NCBI GenBank assembly: GCA_951406725.2
Contig: OX597832.1
Location: forward strand, 53,940,001 to 54,004,000
DNA: 64,000 bases
Origin: Octopus vulgaris
Taxonomy: Eukaryota
Direction: 5' to 3'
In this document: in pieces, positions 1-11,695 of the stretch
How the letters are laid out: every line of letters starts with the position of its first letter
Numbering within the stretch: the first letter of the stretch is position 1
The notes under the pieces: generated by a model
What the model was told of the DNA's origin: nothing
Seen by the model: the letters and a program-made list of their open reading frames with translations, nothing else
Database searches by the model: none
Program-made: the position numbers and the translations under genes

Positions 1-429
1 CATTAAGCTAGTGTTAGGAACCATAAACTGTGACTAAGATTTGGTGGAAGATTTTAATTCAAAACTTATGAAAACAAGACATTTGTACTACAGAGCTACA
101 ACCGGTTTCAGCCGGGTTGATAATGAAAGGGTTAAATGATGTGGATTACATTTTTCTTTTAGCACCAAGGTTCAATTCAATAATAAGCAGTATTTCATAC
201 AGGCCATTGGTTGACAAATGTTTTCCCTGCAGGATTTCAATTAAACTTTTGCGGTACAATTCATACACTCAACACAATTCATAATCCTTAATTATACAGT
301 TCATTGCACTTTACAGATTATCAATGCACTCAACTTATAATTCCTAACTGCATTGTTTACAACGCTTTATAAATTACTAGCTCTATAACCCAGTGTTGCT
401 GGGTCATAGTGCTAGTGCATGCATATACA

Positions 430-660
430 TATTTCTTTATTACCCACAAGGGGCTAAACACAGAGGGGACAAACAAGAACAGACATAGGTATTAAGTTGA
501 TTATATTGACCCCAGTGCGTAACTGGTACTTAATTTATCGACCCCGAAAGGATGAAAGGCAAAGTCGACCTCGGCGGAATTTGAACTGACTATGTAACGC
601 AGACGAAATACCGCTAAGCATTTCGCATGGCGTGCTAACGATTCTGCCAGCTCGCCGCCT
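430..660 (-). mobile_element. SINE family B (head GGCGGCGAGCTGGCAGAA; body with GCCTTTCATCCTTTCGGGGTCGATAAA module)
   Basis: Reverse complement of the ~230-bp unit seen many times in this window. Other minus copies are at ~23684-23919, 34686-34918, 50620-50851 and 52017-52248. It carries a B-box-like GAGTTCAAATTCC. Confidence 0.8.
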
Positions 661-984
661 TGCATGCATATACAGCTGCGTGCGTGCACACATACACGCG
701 AGTACTGTCCAAATCTCCAGCCAAACACATACAGCTAGCTGGCATTCAATTGGCGTATCAAATTTCAGGTATTTTGACTGGGTTTTGGATAGAAAATTCA
801 CAAAAAAGTCACTTCTATTGATTTTATTAATGGCTTTGCGGGGTGACTGGGGAAATATAAAGATGTGCACGACCACCCTTGGACGGTTTTGAATGACCAT
901 AGAAAGTGTGAGCCCTCTAACTGAAAAATTGTGGATTTGTATAAAGGACACACACAGACATTTTGCTGTTTAAATATATTGAGA

Positions 985-1379
985 CTAGCAGTATCGCCCG
1001 GCGTTGCTCGGGTTTGTAAGGGAAATAATTATATAAGCATTTTTAGAGATGTAAAGTATAAAAGCCATCTCAATATGGCTAACCACAAAGGGGGAGGGGT
1101 GTTACTGTAGCTTTTTACGTTCTGAGATTTAATAATAAATTTTAGAGAGTTACTTCCCTTATATATGTCAAAAATGGATTAAAAATGGGAAAAATTGATG
1201 GTAAATTTTTTTTAAAATCGTAGACTCATCGTAGACGCGCGCTAATACCCAGACGGTCTCGATATGAATCACGACTATAAGATACCCAGTTTTGGTTAAA
1301 CTGCACCGCAAAATGTTGGAGTAGTTAGGAATCTAAATCGTAGGAGACAGACACACAACCTCACTTTTATATATAAAGA
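985..1379 (-). mobile_element. Non-autonomous Helitron
   Basis: On the minus strand it starts A|TCTTTATATATAAAAG and ends with a GC hairpin (ACCCGAGCAACGCCGGGC) then CTAG|T. It sits between A and T with no TSD. The same 3' end occurs at 32206. Confidence 0.75.
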
Positions 1380-1541
1380 TTTCCTCTATTTACATAATAT
1401 TGAGGTTTCTTTCTTTCTTTTGTTATCTTACTGTTTTTACCAATATACATATATATATATATATAAATATATATATAGTTACAGAGATGTACTTGCATAG
1501 CAAGTGACTTGATCTGAGATCGTGTGCTGGAACGAAAACAG

Positions 1542-1800
1542 TTGCAGCGTTGAAGGTGTTTATAAGCCATTTAAGAAACACACAAAAACCGTTAGATTCA
1601 CTTCAACATTTAAATTTAATTTGTCAAAATATTTTCGTCGCTTTGAGACCGCGACCTGTTAGCACGATATTTTTGTCAGTGAACAGGTCGCGGTCTCAAA
1701 GCGACGAAAATATTTTGGCAAATAAAATTTAAATGTTGAAGTGAATGTAACGGTTTTTGTGTGTTTCTTAAATGGCTTACAAACACCTTCCACGCTGCAA
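1542..1800. repeat. Long inverted repeat, probable foldback DNA-transposon core
   Basis: Arms 1542-1660 and 1682-1800 are near-perfect reverse complements around a 21-nt loop. Confidence 0.9.
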
Positions 1801-2164
1801 TATATATATACACACATATATATATGCATGTATGTATGTATGTGTGTATATGTGTATGCATGTATGTGTGTGTGTGTGCGTGTCTGTGCTTGTGATTGTC
1901 CTCCACCACTGCTTGACAACGAATGTTGGTTTGTTTACATCCCTGTCACCTAGTGGTTTGACAAAGGAAACAGATAGAATAAGTACAATGCTTACAAAAA
2001 TAAAACTGGAGTTGATTCATTAAACTACAATTCTTCAAGGCATTGCCCCAGCATGGCCACAGACCAATGGCTGGAAAAAGCAGAAGAATAAAAGAATACA
2101 TTCTCTGCTTTGGTCTTATGTTCAAGGCATGAGAAAGCTTGAGTTTACATGAGAAGGCCTAACA

Positions 2165-2650
2165 GACCTGGTAGAAACAGCAGCCAAATCTCCCTCAAAT
2201 CACACCTTACTGTCTTATGTATGTATATATATATGAGCCAATGAGGGGGACCTCTACATGGTAGCTAGACCTGGTAGAAATAGCAGCCAAATTTCCCCCA
2301 AATCACACCTTACTGTCTTATCTATGTATATATGTATGTATGAGCCTATGAGGGAGACCCCTACATGGCAGCTAGACATGGTAGAAATAGCAGCCAAATC
2401 TCCCTCAAATCACACCTTACTGTCTTATCTTTCTGCTACTTGGATATAGGTCTTATATTCGTCGTAAAAAACTTTCCTGTCACACACTCACGCACACATA
2501 TGTATGTATGAGCCTATGAGGGAGACCCCTACATGGCAGCTAGACATGGTAGAAATAGCAGCCAAATCTCCCTCAAATCACACCTTACTGTCTTATCTTT
2601 CTGCTACTTGGATATAGGTCTTATATTCATCATAAAAAACTTTCCTGTCA
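2165..2650. repeat. Tandem array of ~105-175-bp units
   Basis: GGTAGAAA(T/C)AGCAGCCAAAT..CCCTCAAATCACACCTTACTGTCTTAT recurs four times, separated by TATG/CA spacers. Confidence 0.8.
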
Positions 2651-2652
2651 CA

Positions 2653-2684
<32 letters not shown>

Positions 2685-2690
2685 CACACA

Positions 2691-2731
<41 letters not shown>

Positions 2732-3314
2732 GCACATTAGCTTACAATTTTATTTATATATTTGCGTGTTTATGTGTGGAAAGAGGAAGTGGGAGGCAGA
2801 GTGAAAGAATCACTCACTACAGTAAGTGAATTACTTTCATTTTATTCGTTGCCCACTGTGTGTGTGCGTTTGCGTGTGGTGTAGAGCAGACTAAGAAAAG
2901 CATTTGACACACACACCAGAATGTGAGTTTTCTGTAAATTTTGCTTAATTGGAGTTTAAATTTTAAAAACTGGACCTGGCATGACGCGATGCATTGTACT
3001 CTTAAAAATGCTAGGTAAATTGTAATTGAAGAAATCCTATATTGTAGATTTGTATAACTCCCAAAGGGAGGCAGATAAAATCTGCCTTTTATAATAAGAG
3101 ATATTCAAAGTTCACTGCACTTCATAAATTGCCAAACACACTGACAATAAATTTTTCTTTGTTGCCATTACTCTTGATCTCATTCACTTCTGTCCCTCCC
3201 ATTTGCCTCCCCCTCTTCCCACTGTCTCTCTCTCTCTCTCTCATACTTTCACACTGTTGTAGAAGATGTACAGCTGTTGCCATGTAAGAATCAAAAGCTT
3301 CTCTGCAGTCTTCA

Positions 3315-3705
3315 TTTACTCTTATTTGTTTTCAGTCATTTGACTGCGGCCATGCTGGAGCACCGCCTTTAGTCGAGCAAACTGACCCCCAGGACTTATT
3401 CTTTGGAAGCCTAGTACTTATTCTATCAGTCTCTTTTGCCGAACCGCTAAGTTACAGGGACGCAAGCACATCACCATTGGTTGTCAAGAGATTGCTGGGA
3501 GGACAAACACAAACACACACATATATATATATACATATATATGACGGCTTCTTTCAGTTTCTGTCTACCAAATCCACTCACAAAGCTTTGGTCGGCCTGA
3601 GGCTATAGCAGAAGACACTTGCTCAAGGTGCCATGCAGTGGGACTGAACCCGGAACCATGAGGTTGGTAACCAAGCTACTTACCACACAGTCACTCCTAC
3701 GCCTA
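3315..3705 (-). mobile_element. SINE family A (tRNA-derived head, CORE-like CCTTGGGCAAGTGTCTT, internal TA/TG microsatellite)
   Basis: Reverse complement of the ~390-bp element with A-box-like TGGCTGTGTGGT, B-box-like GGTTCAGTCCC and tail CAAATGACTGAAACAAGTAAAAGAG. It resembles octopus OR-type SINEs as I recall them. Confidence 0.8.
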
Positions 3706-4483
3706 TATTTGATTTTTTTTCTTCTTTAAAATAAGGAAGAAATTTATGTTAACAAGAACAGATCATGGCCACAATTTCCTTTGGTTCTTATTCTTGGAGT
3801 CTGTTCTCATTAATACTGAGACAAAAATGGCATTGGATCTTAACAGTTGCGCTACTGGTGTTGCTGTCGTTTAGCCCCAGGCCACCCATGATCAAAAGCA
3901 TTCCAGTTATGATTATTGCTTCTTTTTGAAAGACAGACATATCTAAAACAACAATATCCAATGTTACCTTACTTTTATTTTTGAATGATTTGAGGGAGAT
4001 TTGGTTGCTTTTCAAAGTCTATTGGAAGGTTCCCTTGTCCCCCAACACTGGTTTTTTTTTTTTGTTGCATTATTTTTTGTGAATTAGTGCCATTATCTTT
4101 TTCTGAAATAGAGTCAGATGCTCGACTTTGACAGAAGCTAAACGTCCAACTGATTCATAAAATTTAAGAATCAATTTAAATTTTGAATTGCAAGACTAAG
4201 TGAATGTCTGAAATGTTTTAAAGATATTTTAATTCATGGCAAGTATCAAACAGATTCAGAACTACCACCTTCCATCCAAATACAAAAGAATATGTTCCAG
4301 TCACCCACATGAATCAAAGTCATTGATTTCAGATTTTTGGGAGAAGGCCAGCAATTTCAGGAGATGGGCCAAATCAAATACATCGACTTCAGTGTTCAAA
4401 TGGTACTTAATTAATCAACCTCAAAAGGACAAAGGCAAGGTTGACTTCAGCAGAATTTGAACTCAAAACAAAGAAGGATGAAA

Positions 4484-4980
4484 TCATCATCATCATTTAA
4501 CGTCCGTTTTCCACGCTCGCACGGGTTGGACGGTTCGACTGGGGTCTGAGAAACCAGGAGGCTGCACCAGGCTCCAGTCTGATCTGGCAGTGTTTCTACA
4601 GCTGGATGCCCTTCCTAACGCCAACCACTCCGTGAGTGTAGTGGGTGCTTTTTACATGCCACCGGCATAGGTGCCAGGGGAGTCTGGCAGCAGCCACGGT
4701 CGGTTGGTGCTTTTAATGTGCCACCGGCACGGAAGCCAGTCAAGGCGGCGCTGGCATCGACCACGTTTGGATGGTGTTTTTTACGTGCCACCGGCACAGA
4801 AGCCAGTCAAAGCGGCACTGGCATCGGCCACGTTCGGATGGTGCTTTTTATGTGCCACCGGCACAGGTATCACAACTACTATTTCCATTGACGTTTATTT
4901 CGATGTTCATGTACTTGACTCAACAGGTCTCCTCAAGCACAGCAGGTCGTTCTGAAATCCAAGGTACTTTGAATGGGCAG
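4484..4980 (-). mobile_element. Retroposon family C with (ATG)n tail and internal ~65-70-bp tandem units
   Basis: The minus strand reads GGTTGGCGTTAGGAAGGGCATCCAGCTGTAGAAAC...CCAACCC...GGACGTTAAATGATGATG. Related pieces lie at ~5338-5520, 10840-11075 (+), 13405-13715, 14160-14400 and 15500-15700 (+). Confidence 0.65.
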
Positions 4981-5530
4981 GGGCTAAGATTTTGCCTGGC
5001 GTGCTAACAGTTCAGCCAGCTCGCCACCTAATTAATTAAATTCACAGTGATCTGGACAAAGACTGACAATGTTTAGGCCAATAAAAGACAGCATTTGGTA
5101 ATCAAGCCACCACTTGCAGAAAATTTGCTGATAAACACATTTTGTTACACTTTATACATTGTGAAGCGATAACCTGAGACAGAAAGCAAGACAAATATTG
5201 TCTATTGTGAGGGTTTTTTTTCTTAAACATATGGTGTGAGAAGATATATAAATTCTAATATTTCAACTGAATAAACAGATGGAAATAAACATAACACAGG
5301 GATTAATGTAATATAAAAGCTTGCATAACAATGGGAACATCATCATTTAATGCCCAATTCCATGCTGGCATGGGTTGGACAGTTTGACAGGAGCTGGCTA
5401 CGCAGAAGACTGCACCAGGCTTCGGGTGGCTGTTATGGGATGGTTTTTTATGGCTAGATGCCCTTCATAGCACCAACCACACCACACCACAGAATGGACA
5501 GAGTACTTTTTATGCGGCATCAATTAATAA

Positions 5531-5930
5531 TTAGGTGTAAGAGTGGCTGTGTGATAAGTAGCTTGCTTACCAACCACATGGTTCCGGGTTCAGTCCCACT
5601 GTGTGGCACCTTGGGCAAGTGTCTTCTGCTATAGCCTTGGGCCGACCAAAGCTTTGTGAGTAGATTTGGTAGACGGAAACTGAAAGAAGCCCGTCGTATA
5701 TGTGTGTGTATGTTTGTGTCTGTGTTTGTCCCCCCAACATTGCTTGACAACCAATGCTGGTGTGTTTACGTCCCTGTAACTAAGTGGTTCGGCAAAAAGA
5801 GACCAATAGAATAAGTACTAGGCTTACAAAGAATAAGTCCTGGGATCGATTTGCTCGACTAAAAAGCGGTGCTCCAGCATGGCCACAGTCAAATGACTGA
5901 AACAAGTAAAAGAGTAAAATAGTAAAAGAG
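5531..5930 (+). mobile_element. SINE family A
   Basis: Full-length plus-strand copy. Further plus copies are at ~12716-13100, 25179-25582, 38975-39387, 53460-53806, 54107-54490, 57670-58115, 58621-59230 and 60835-61232. Confidence 0.85.
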
Positions 5931-6528
5931 TAATGGTCTTGATTATAATTACAAGATACTAAACAACCATATCAAATCTCTCGCTTTATTTCAACGCAAA
6001 ACATCTGAAATAAAATCCTTGGTCAACCACATTTGGATCAGCTTCAACCATATAAAAAAAAAAATAATTAAAAAACAAAAAAAACTCAGACATTTAATGA
6101 TTTGTTTTCTTAAATTAAATTTCCAATAACTATCACTGGTGTCACTGAACAATCGCAGAACTGCAAAACATTTTCTGTTTTCAACAACATCCCATTTATA
6201 TTCCATGCATCCAATCCTGTGTCAGTTGAGAAGACCCGGTCAGGAAAAGACAGCCGATATGTTATTATCTTATATTTCATCACAAACAAGTGACACTTTC
6301 GCTTGCAAGTCTTCTCCATAAAGACTGATAATATATATTAAAAAAAAACAAAAAACAAAAAAATGATGTCTGTCGAGATTACATTACAAGTGATGGGGGT
6401 GGATGGTAGTTGATCTACATTCAGAGAGGGTTGACAAGGAATTAACAGATGTTTGTTATCAGGAATGTGGTAAAAGCAACCACTACTACCATCACCAGCA
6501 CCACTAATAATAATAATAACCCTTTCTA

Positions 6529-7095
6529 TTGGGTTGTCCCAGAAAGTTCCTGCCGATTTATAGCAGCTTACCTTTCGACTTATTTTAGAACATGGTTGAG
6601 TCCATAAAATAGGATTTGACTACACCTCCATTTAGAGTACAGTTTAAGCTATCTTTTCGTGGAAGAAGGTTTATGTTCCTATAACCTGTGTTAATTCTGT
6701 AACCCTTTAAAATGGAAGATACAAAAGTTCATTTTTGGCACTTGATTCTTTGGGAATCAGACAAAAATTGATGCAGCTCGGCTGGGATGTGTTACCCCAC
6801 CCTCCAGATTCACCAGATATTGCTCCTTCGGATTTCCACTTATTCAGGTCTCTGCAGAATAGTCTTAACAGTAAACATTTCAATTCCTTGGATGACATAA
6901 AAAGATACCTTGATGAATTCTTTGCCATGAAGCCACCTCAATTCTGGGAAGAGGGTATTTTCAAGTTAAAGGAAATATGGAGACGCATTGTGCAACAAAA
7001 TGGTTCATATTTGGTTGATTAAAAATGTAATGGCAAGTATTTATTGACTTTTTTCTTTCCTTTAAAAATTGGCACGAACTTTCTGGACAACCCAA
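6529..7095 (+). mobile_element. Internally deleted mariner (Tc1/mariner) element
   Basis: TIRs TTGGGTTGTCC(C)AGAAAGTTC / GAACTTTCTGGACAACCCAA are flanked by TA. It retains the transposase N-terminal stub MEDTKVHFWHL and the C-terminus HPPDSPDIAPSDFHLFRSLQNSL (YSPDLAPSD motif). Confidence 0.92.
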
Positions 7096-7799
7096 TACTA
7101 TAGGCAAAAAGCCTGAAATTTGGGTGGGGGACTAGTCGATAACATTGATCCCGGCATTCAACCAGTAATTATTTTATAAACCCTGAAAGGATAAAATTCA
7201 AAGCTGACCACAGCAGAATTTGAACTCAGAATGTAAAGACTGATGAAATGCCACTAAGCATTTTGCCCAGCGTGCTAATGATTCTGCCAGCTCACCACCT
7301 TAATAATAATAATGATAAAAATAATCATTTCTAATATAGGTACAAGGCCCCACATTTTTGTTTTTAGTGAAAGGTACTAGTCATGTTCAACTGGTACTTA
7401 TTTCATTGACCCTGACAGAATAAAAGGCAAAGTCAACCTTGGAGCAATTTAAACTGAATTCAGCAGGATTTTAACTCAGAACGTAAAGATGGATGAAATG
7501 CCACTAAGCATTTTGTCTGGCGTGCTAATGATTCTGCCAACTCATCACGTTACTACAACAACAACTACTACTAATAATAATAATCCTTTCTACTATAGGC
7601 ACAAGGTCTGGAATTTGTGGGGAAGGGTAAAGTTGATTATATTGACCCAAGTGCTTAACTGGTACTTATTTTATTGACCCCAAGAGGATGAAAGGCAAAG
7701 TTGACCTCAGCAGAATTTGAGCTCCTAACACGAAGACAAATGAAATGCTAAGCATTTCACCTGACATACCAGCTCACCACGTTAATAATAATAATCTGA

Positions 7800-8135
7800 A
7801 ACCCCACTTCGGTCATGACACTGACCATGGGATTGCACCTAGAAAGTTACCCTCCCAGGCACAAGTCTGGGCAAGGTTGTTTATGGAAGACCAGCAGTCG
7901 GCCATGCATACCGGCCTCCCCTCTCCACGCTACCGATGTTATCCAAAGGAAAGGCAAAGGCCGATACAGCTTGGCACGTGTGACGTCGCAACTCATTCCT
8001 ACAGCTGAGAGAACTGGAGCAACATGAAATAAAGTGTCTTGCTCAAGAACACAACACGCAGCCCGGTCTGGGATTTGTACTCACAACCTCACGATCATAA
8101 GCTCGACGCTCTAACCACTGAGCCACACGCCTTCA
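7800..8135 (-). mobile_element. SINE family D (tRNA-like head GGCTCAGTGGTTAGAGCG, CORE-like TTCTTGAGCAAGACACTT)
   Basis: A closely similar copy is at 43285-43615. Related heads occur on the plus strand at 36179 and 63805. Confidence 0.8.
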
Positions 8136-8452
8136 CAATAATAATGATATTAATAATAGTAATAATCTAAATTTGATTTAATTATCAATTATTCAATTCA
8201 ATTCAATTAAAACATTTTCAGTGAATGGATCAGAAAGTTACACTTGTTATCATATCTCCATTAAAAAAAGAGGAGAAACAGAAACATATGGTAACATTTG
8301 GAGAAATCTCAGATACTATGGCTGTGTACAGTTCTCAAAAGAGAATATATCAAACAAAATTACACACCAAAGCGTTGTTATCAGCACAGAGAATAATTTG
8401 AATAAGTGGCTTTGTTTAAAAGAACAACAACTACAGCAAACAAAATGTTCTA

Positions 8453-8668
8453 TACTCTTTTACTTGTTTCAGTCATTTGACTGCGGCCATGCTGGAGCAC
8501 CGCCTTTAGTTGAGCAATTTGACCCCGGGACTTATTCTTTTGTAAGCCCAGTACTTATTCTATCGGTCTCTTTTGCCGAACCGCTAAGTGACGGGGACAT
8601 AAACACACCAGCATCGGTTGTCAAGCAATGCTAGGGGGACAAACACAGACACACAAACACACACACGC

Positions 8669-8701
<33 letters not shown>

Positions 8702-8866
8702 CGACGGGCTTCTTTCAGTTTCCGTCTACCAAATCCACTCACAAGGCTTTGGTTGGCCCGAGGCTATAGTAGAAGACCCTTGCCCAAGATGCCACGCAGT
8801 GGGACTGAACCAGGAACCATGTGGTTGGTAGACAAGCTACTTACCACACAGCCACTCCTGCGCCTA
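8453..8866 (-). mobile_element. SINE family A
   Basis: Full-length minus copy. Other minus copies or fragments are at ~9264-9462, 9960-10315, 30940-31290, 39818-40220, 48738-49292, 52345-52869 and 55018-55374. Confidence 0.85.
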
Positions 8867-9464
8867 TATTTATAATTTTTAAAAATCAAGGTCTATGGCT
8901 TTATTTCATAGAATTGGCAGCTTAGCTTAGGATATTTTCAGGTTCAAGAGATAATCAAATGATTTGCTGATGACAAGTGTAATAATATTCTTTTTAATAA
9001 ACTTGTCAAGGACAAGAGTTGACGGGTGAGTGACAAAGAAAAGTTTGTGTTAATGACTTGTAGGCACATGGTATTTTATTATGCAACATGAATATCTTAC
9101 AAAGTATGTTAAATGTCTTCATAAGTCAATACCCTATACTACTGTGTTAGCAGTGCACTTAGATCATGCGCTAAGGTCATCTCTTCAGATTTTCTAGAGA
9201 AATCATAACCAGCAATGGTTTTGTTATTATGCTTCATATCCAACAGGTCAGAGGTAACTCTCTACTCTCTTACTTGTTTCAGTCATTTAACTGTGGCCAT
9301 GCTGGAGCACCACCTTTAGTCGAGCAAATCGACCCCAGGATTTATTCTTTGTAAGCCTATTACTTATTCTCTTTTGCTGAACCGCTAAGTTACGGGGATG
9401 TTAACACACCAGCATCGGTTATCAAGCGATGTTGGGGTGGGGGACAAACAGAAACACAAACATA

Positions 9465-9860
9465 CTGTAAATCCTCAAGTATAGTCTGCCCATGAATATA
9501 ATATGCAGGGGATTTTTAAGGGGCTGTACCTCTGAAAAACCTAAACCTTGTGTATAATACGCATCCTTTCTCTAACTTGAGTCAAGGAGGTCTATATAAC
9601 GTCCTTGGTTTGTAAAAATGTATACGGTAACATCCTTTATTATTATTGTATATATAACATAATGCAAACGTGTAGCTTTTTTGTGCATTTTGTTTGCAGA
9701 AAATAAAGAAATAACAGTAATAATGTTTAATAAATATTTTCGCGCCCGACATTACAAAATGCGTCTGAATAAACATTGCCGGACAGCAAATAGCGACTCG
9801 GACATTGCTTAGAAAATAATTTTAATTTTTAACCTCGTATATAGTATGCACTAGGGATGT
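9465..9860. mobile_element. Fragmented pogo/Tc2-like MITE
   Basis: The terminus TA|CTGTAAATCCTCAAGTATA matches TA|CCGTAAATCCTCGAGTATA at ~56482. Internal segments are shared, in reverse orientation, with 56520-56660. Confidence 0.5.
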
Positions 9861-10372
9861 TTCTGTACTTGATGTTTGGTGGGAAGACACGAACATGGTG
9901 GAGAAGAAATGCTATGGAATGGTAAAGCAGATGGTAAATAGGGAATAATTTTCCCTGTTTTTTACTCGTTTCAGTCACTGGACTGTGGTCATACTGGGGC
10001 ACCACCTTGAAGGGTTTTAGTCAAACAAATCAAATCCAGTAACTGCTTTTTAAATCTTGTACTTATTCTATTGGTTCTGTTTTGCTGAACTACAAAGTTA
10101 TGGGGATATAAACAACCCAACACTGGTTGTCAAGGTATGGCAGGTGATAAACACAAACAGACAAACTCAGTTTTCATTCACCAAATTTATTCACAAGGAT
10201 TTTGTTGGTACAGGGCTATAGTAGAAGACACTTGCCCAAGGTTCCATGCAGTGGGACTGAACCCACAACTACATGGTTGCAAAGCAAACTTCTTAACCAC
10301 ACAGCCATGCCTATGCCAATGGGTTTCTCTATATTTCTTTTCCATCCTTTGGAGGCAATGTGGCTAATGCGG

Positions 10373-10780
10373 GTGTCATGTGACTAGCACCCGAGCCAGA
10401 GTTGCGTGACCAGCACCCGAGGCCAGTGTCGCGTGACCAGCACCTGAGCCAGTGTCGTGTGACCAGCACCCGAGCCAGTGTCGCGTGACCAGCACCCGAG
10501 CCAGTGTCGCGTGACCAGCACCCGAGCCAGTGTCGCGTGACCAGCACCCAAGCCAATGTCATGTGACCAGCACCCGAGCCAGTGTCGCGTGACCAGCATG
10601 CGAGCCAGTGTTGCATGACTAATACCTGAACCAGTGTTGCATGACTAACACCCGAGCCAGTGTCGCATGACTAGCACCTGAGCCAGTGTTGCATGACTAG
10701 CACCTGAGCCAGTGTTGCGTGACTAGCACCTGAGCCAGTGTTGCGTGACTAGCACCTGAGCCAGTGTTGCATGACTAGCA
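10373..10780. repeat. 26-bp minisatellite (GTGACCAGCACCCGAGCCAGTGTCGC), ~15 copies
   Basis: The tandem units are directly visible. Confidence 0.93.
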
Positions 10781-11289
10781 GGTTTCTAGCACTGGATCAC
10801 ATGGAGGAAATGACAAACAACAACATGCCATGCTGGAGTAGAAGACCCGTCAAGCCATGTGTAATCATAGTTGTAGCAGATACTGGTGTTATGCAACTGA
10901 CATCCATGTAAAAGCATCCATTACACTCTTGGAGTGGTGAGCATTAACGAGGACAACCAGCTGTAGAAACTATGCCAAATTGGACTGGAGTCTGGTGCAG
11001 GACTTCAGCTAACCAGTTCTGATCAAATCATCCAACCCATGCCAGCATGGACAATGGGCATTAAATGATGATGATGTCTGCAAAGATGACCAAGACTTCC
11101 ACCTTTTACACATCAAAAAACCCTTCATGGTTAAAATGCCCATATCCGGCCTAAAATGTTGTTCTTGTTTTATGTTTGAATTGACCAGATCAGGCCTCTC
11201 ACACCTACCCAACAGTGTCATTCAAACCATAAACCATCGTATCATTGAAATCTGAAAGCTCTGAGATAATGCATGATTATATTTCAAAG

Positions 11290-11695
11290 GGCGGCGAGCT
11301 GGCAGAAAGGTTAGCATGCCGGGCGAAATGCGTAGCCGTATTTCGTCTATTGTTACGTTCCGAGTTCAAATTCCGCCGAGGTCGACTTATCCTTTTGCGG
11401 TCAATAAATTAAGTACCAGTTACGCATTGGGGTCGATATAATCGACATAATCCATTTGTCTGTCCTTGTTTGTTCCATCTGTGTTTAGCCCCTTGTGGGT
11501 AGTAAAGGAATAGGTATGTCGTCTGCCGCTACGTTCCAAGTTCAAATTCCACCGAGGTCAACTTTGCCTTTCATCCTTTCGGGACCGATAAATTAAGTAC
11601 CAGTTACGCATTGGGGTCAATATAATCGACTTAATCCATTTGTCTGTTCTTGTTTGTCCCCTCTGTGTTTAGCCCCTTGTGGGTAGTAAAGAAAT
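11290..11695 (+). mobile_element. SINE family B, head plus two body units
   Basis: GGCGGCGAGCTGGCAGAA head followed by a duplicated ~175-bp body. Confidence 0.8.

Noticed and set aside
8618-8875. Recurrent ORF 'RRASFSFRLPNPLTR...GTEPGTMWLV' suggesting a gene family
   Set aside because: Antisense translation of SINE family A, found wherever the SINE occurs.
10329-10616. Repetitive ORF or CRISPR-like array
   Set aside because: Contiguous 26-bp units with no spacers. The unit length is not a multiple of 3, and the context is eukaryotic.
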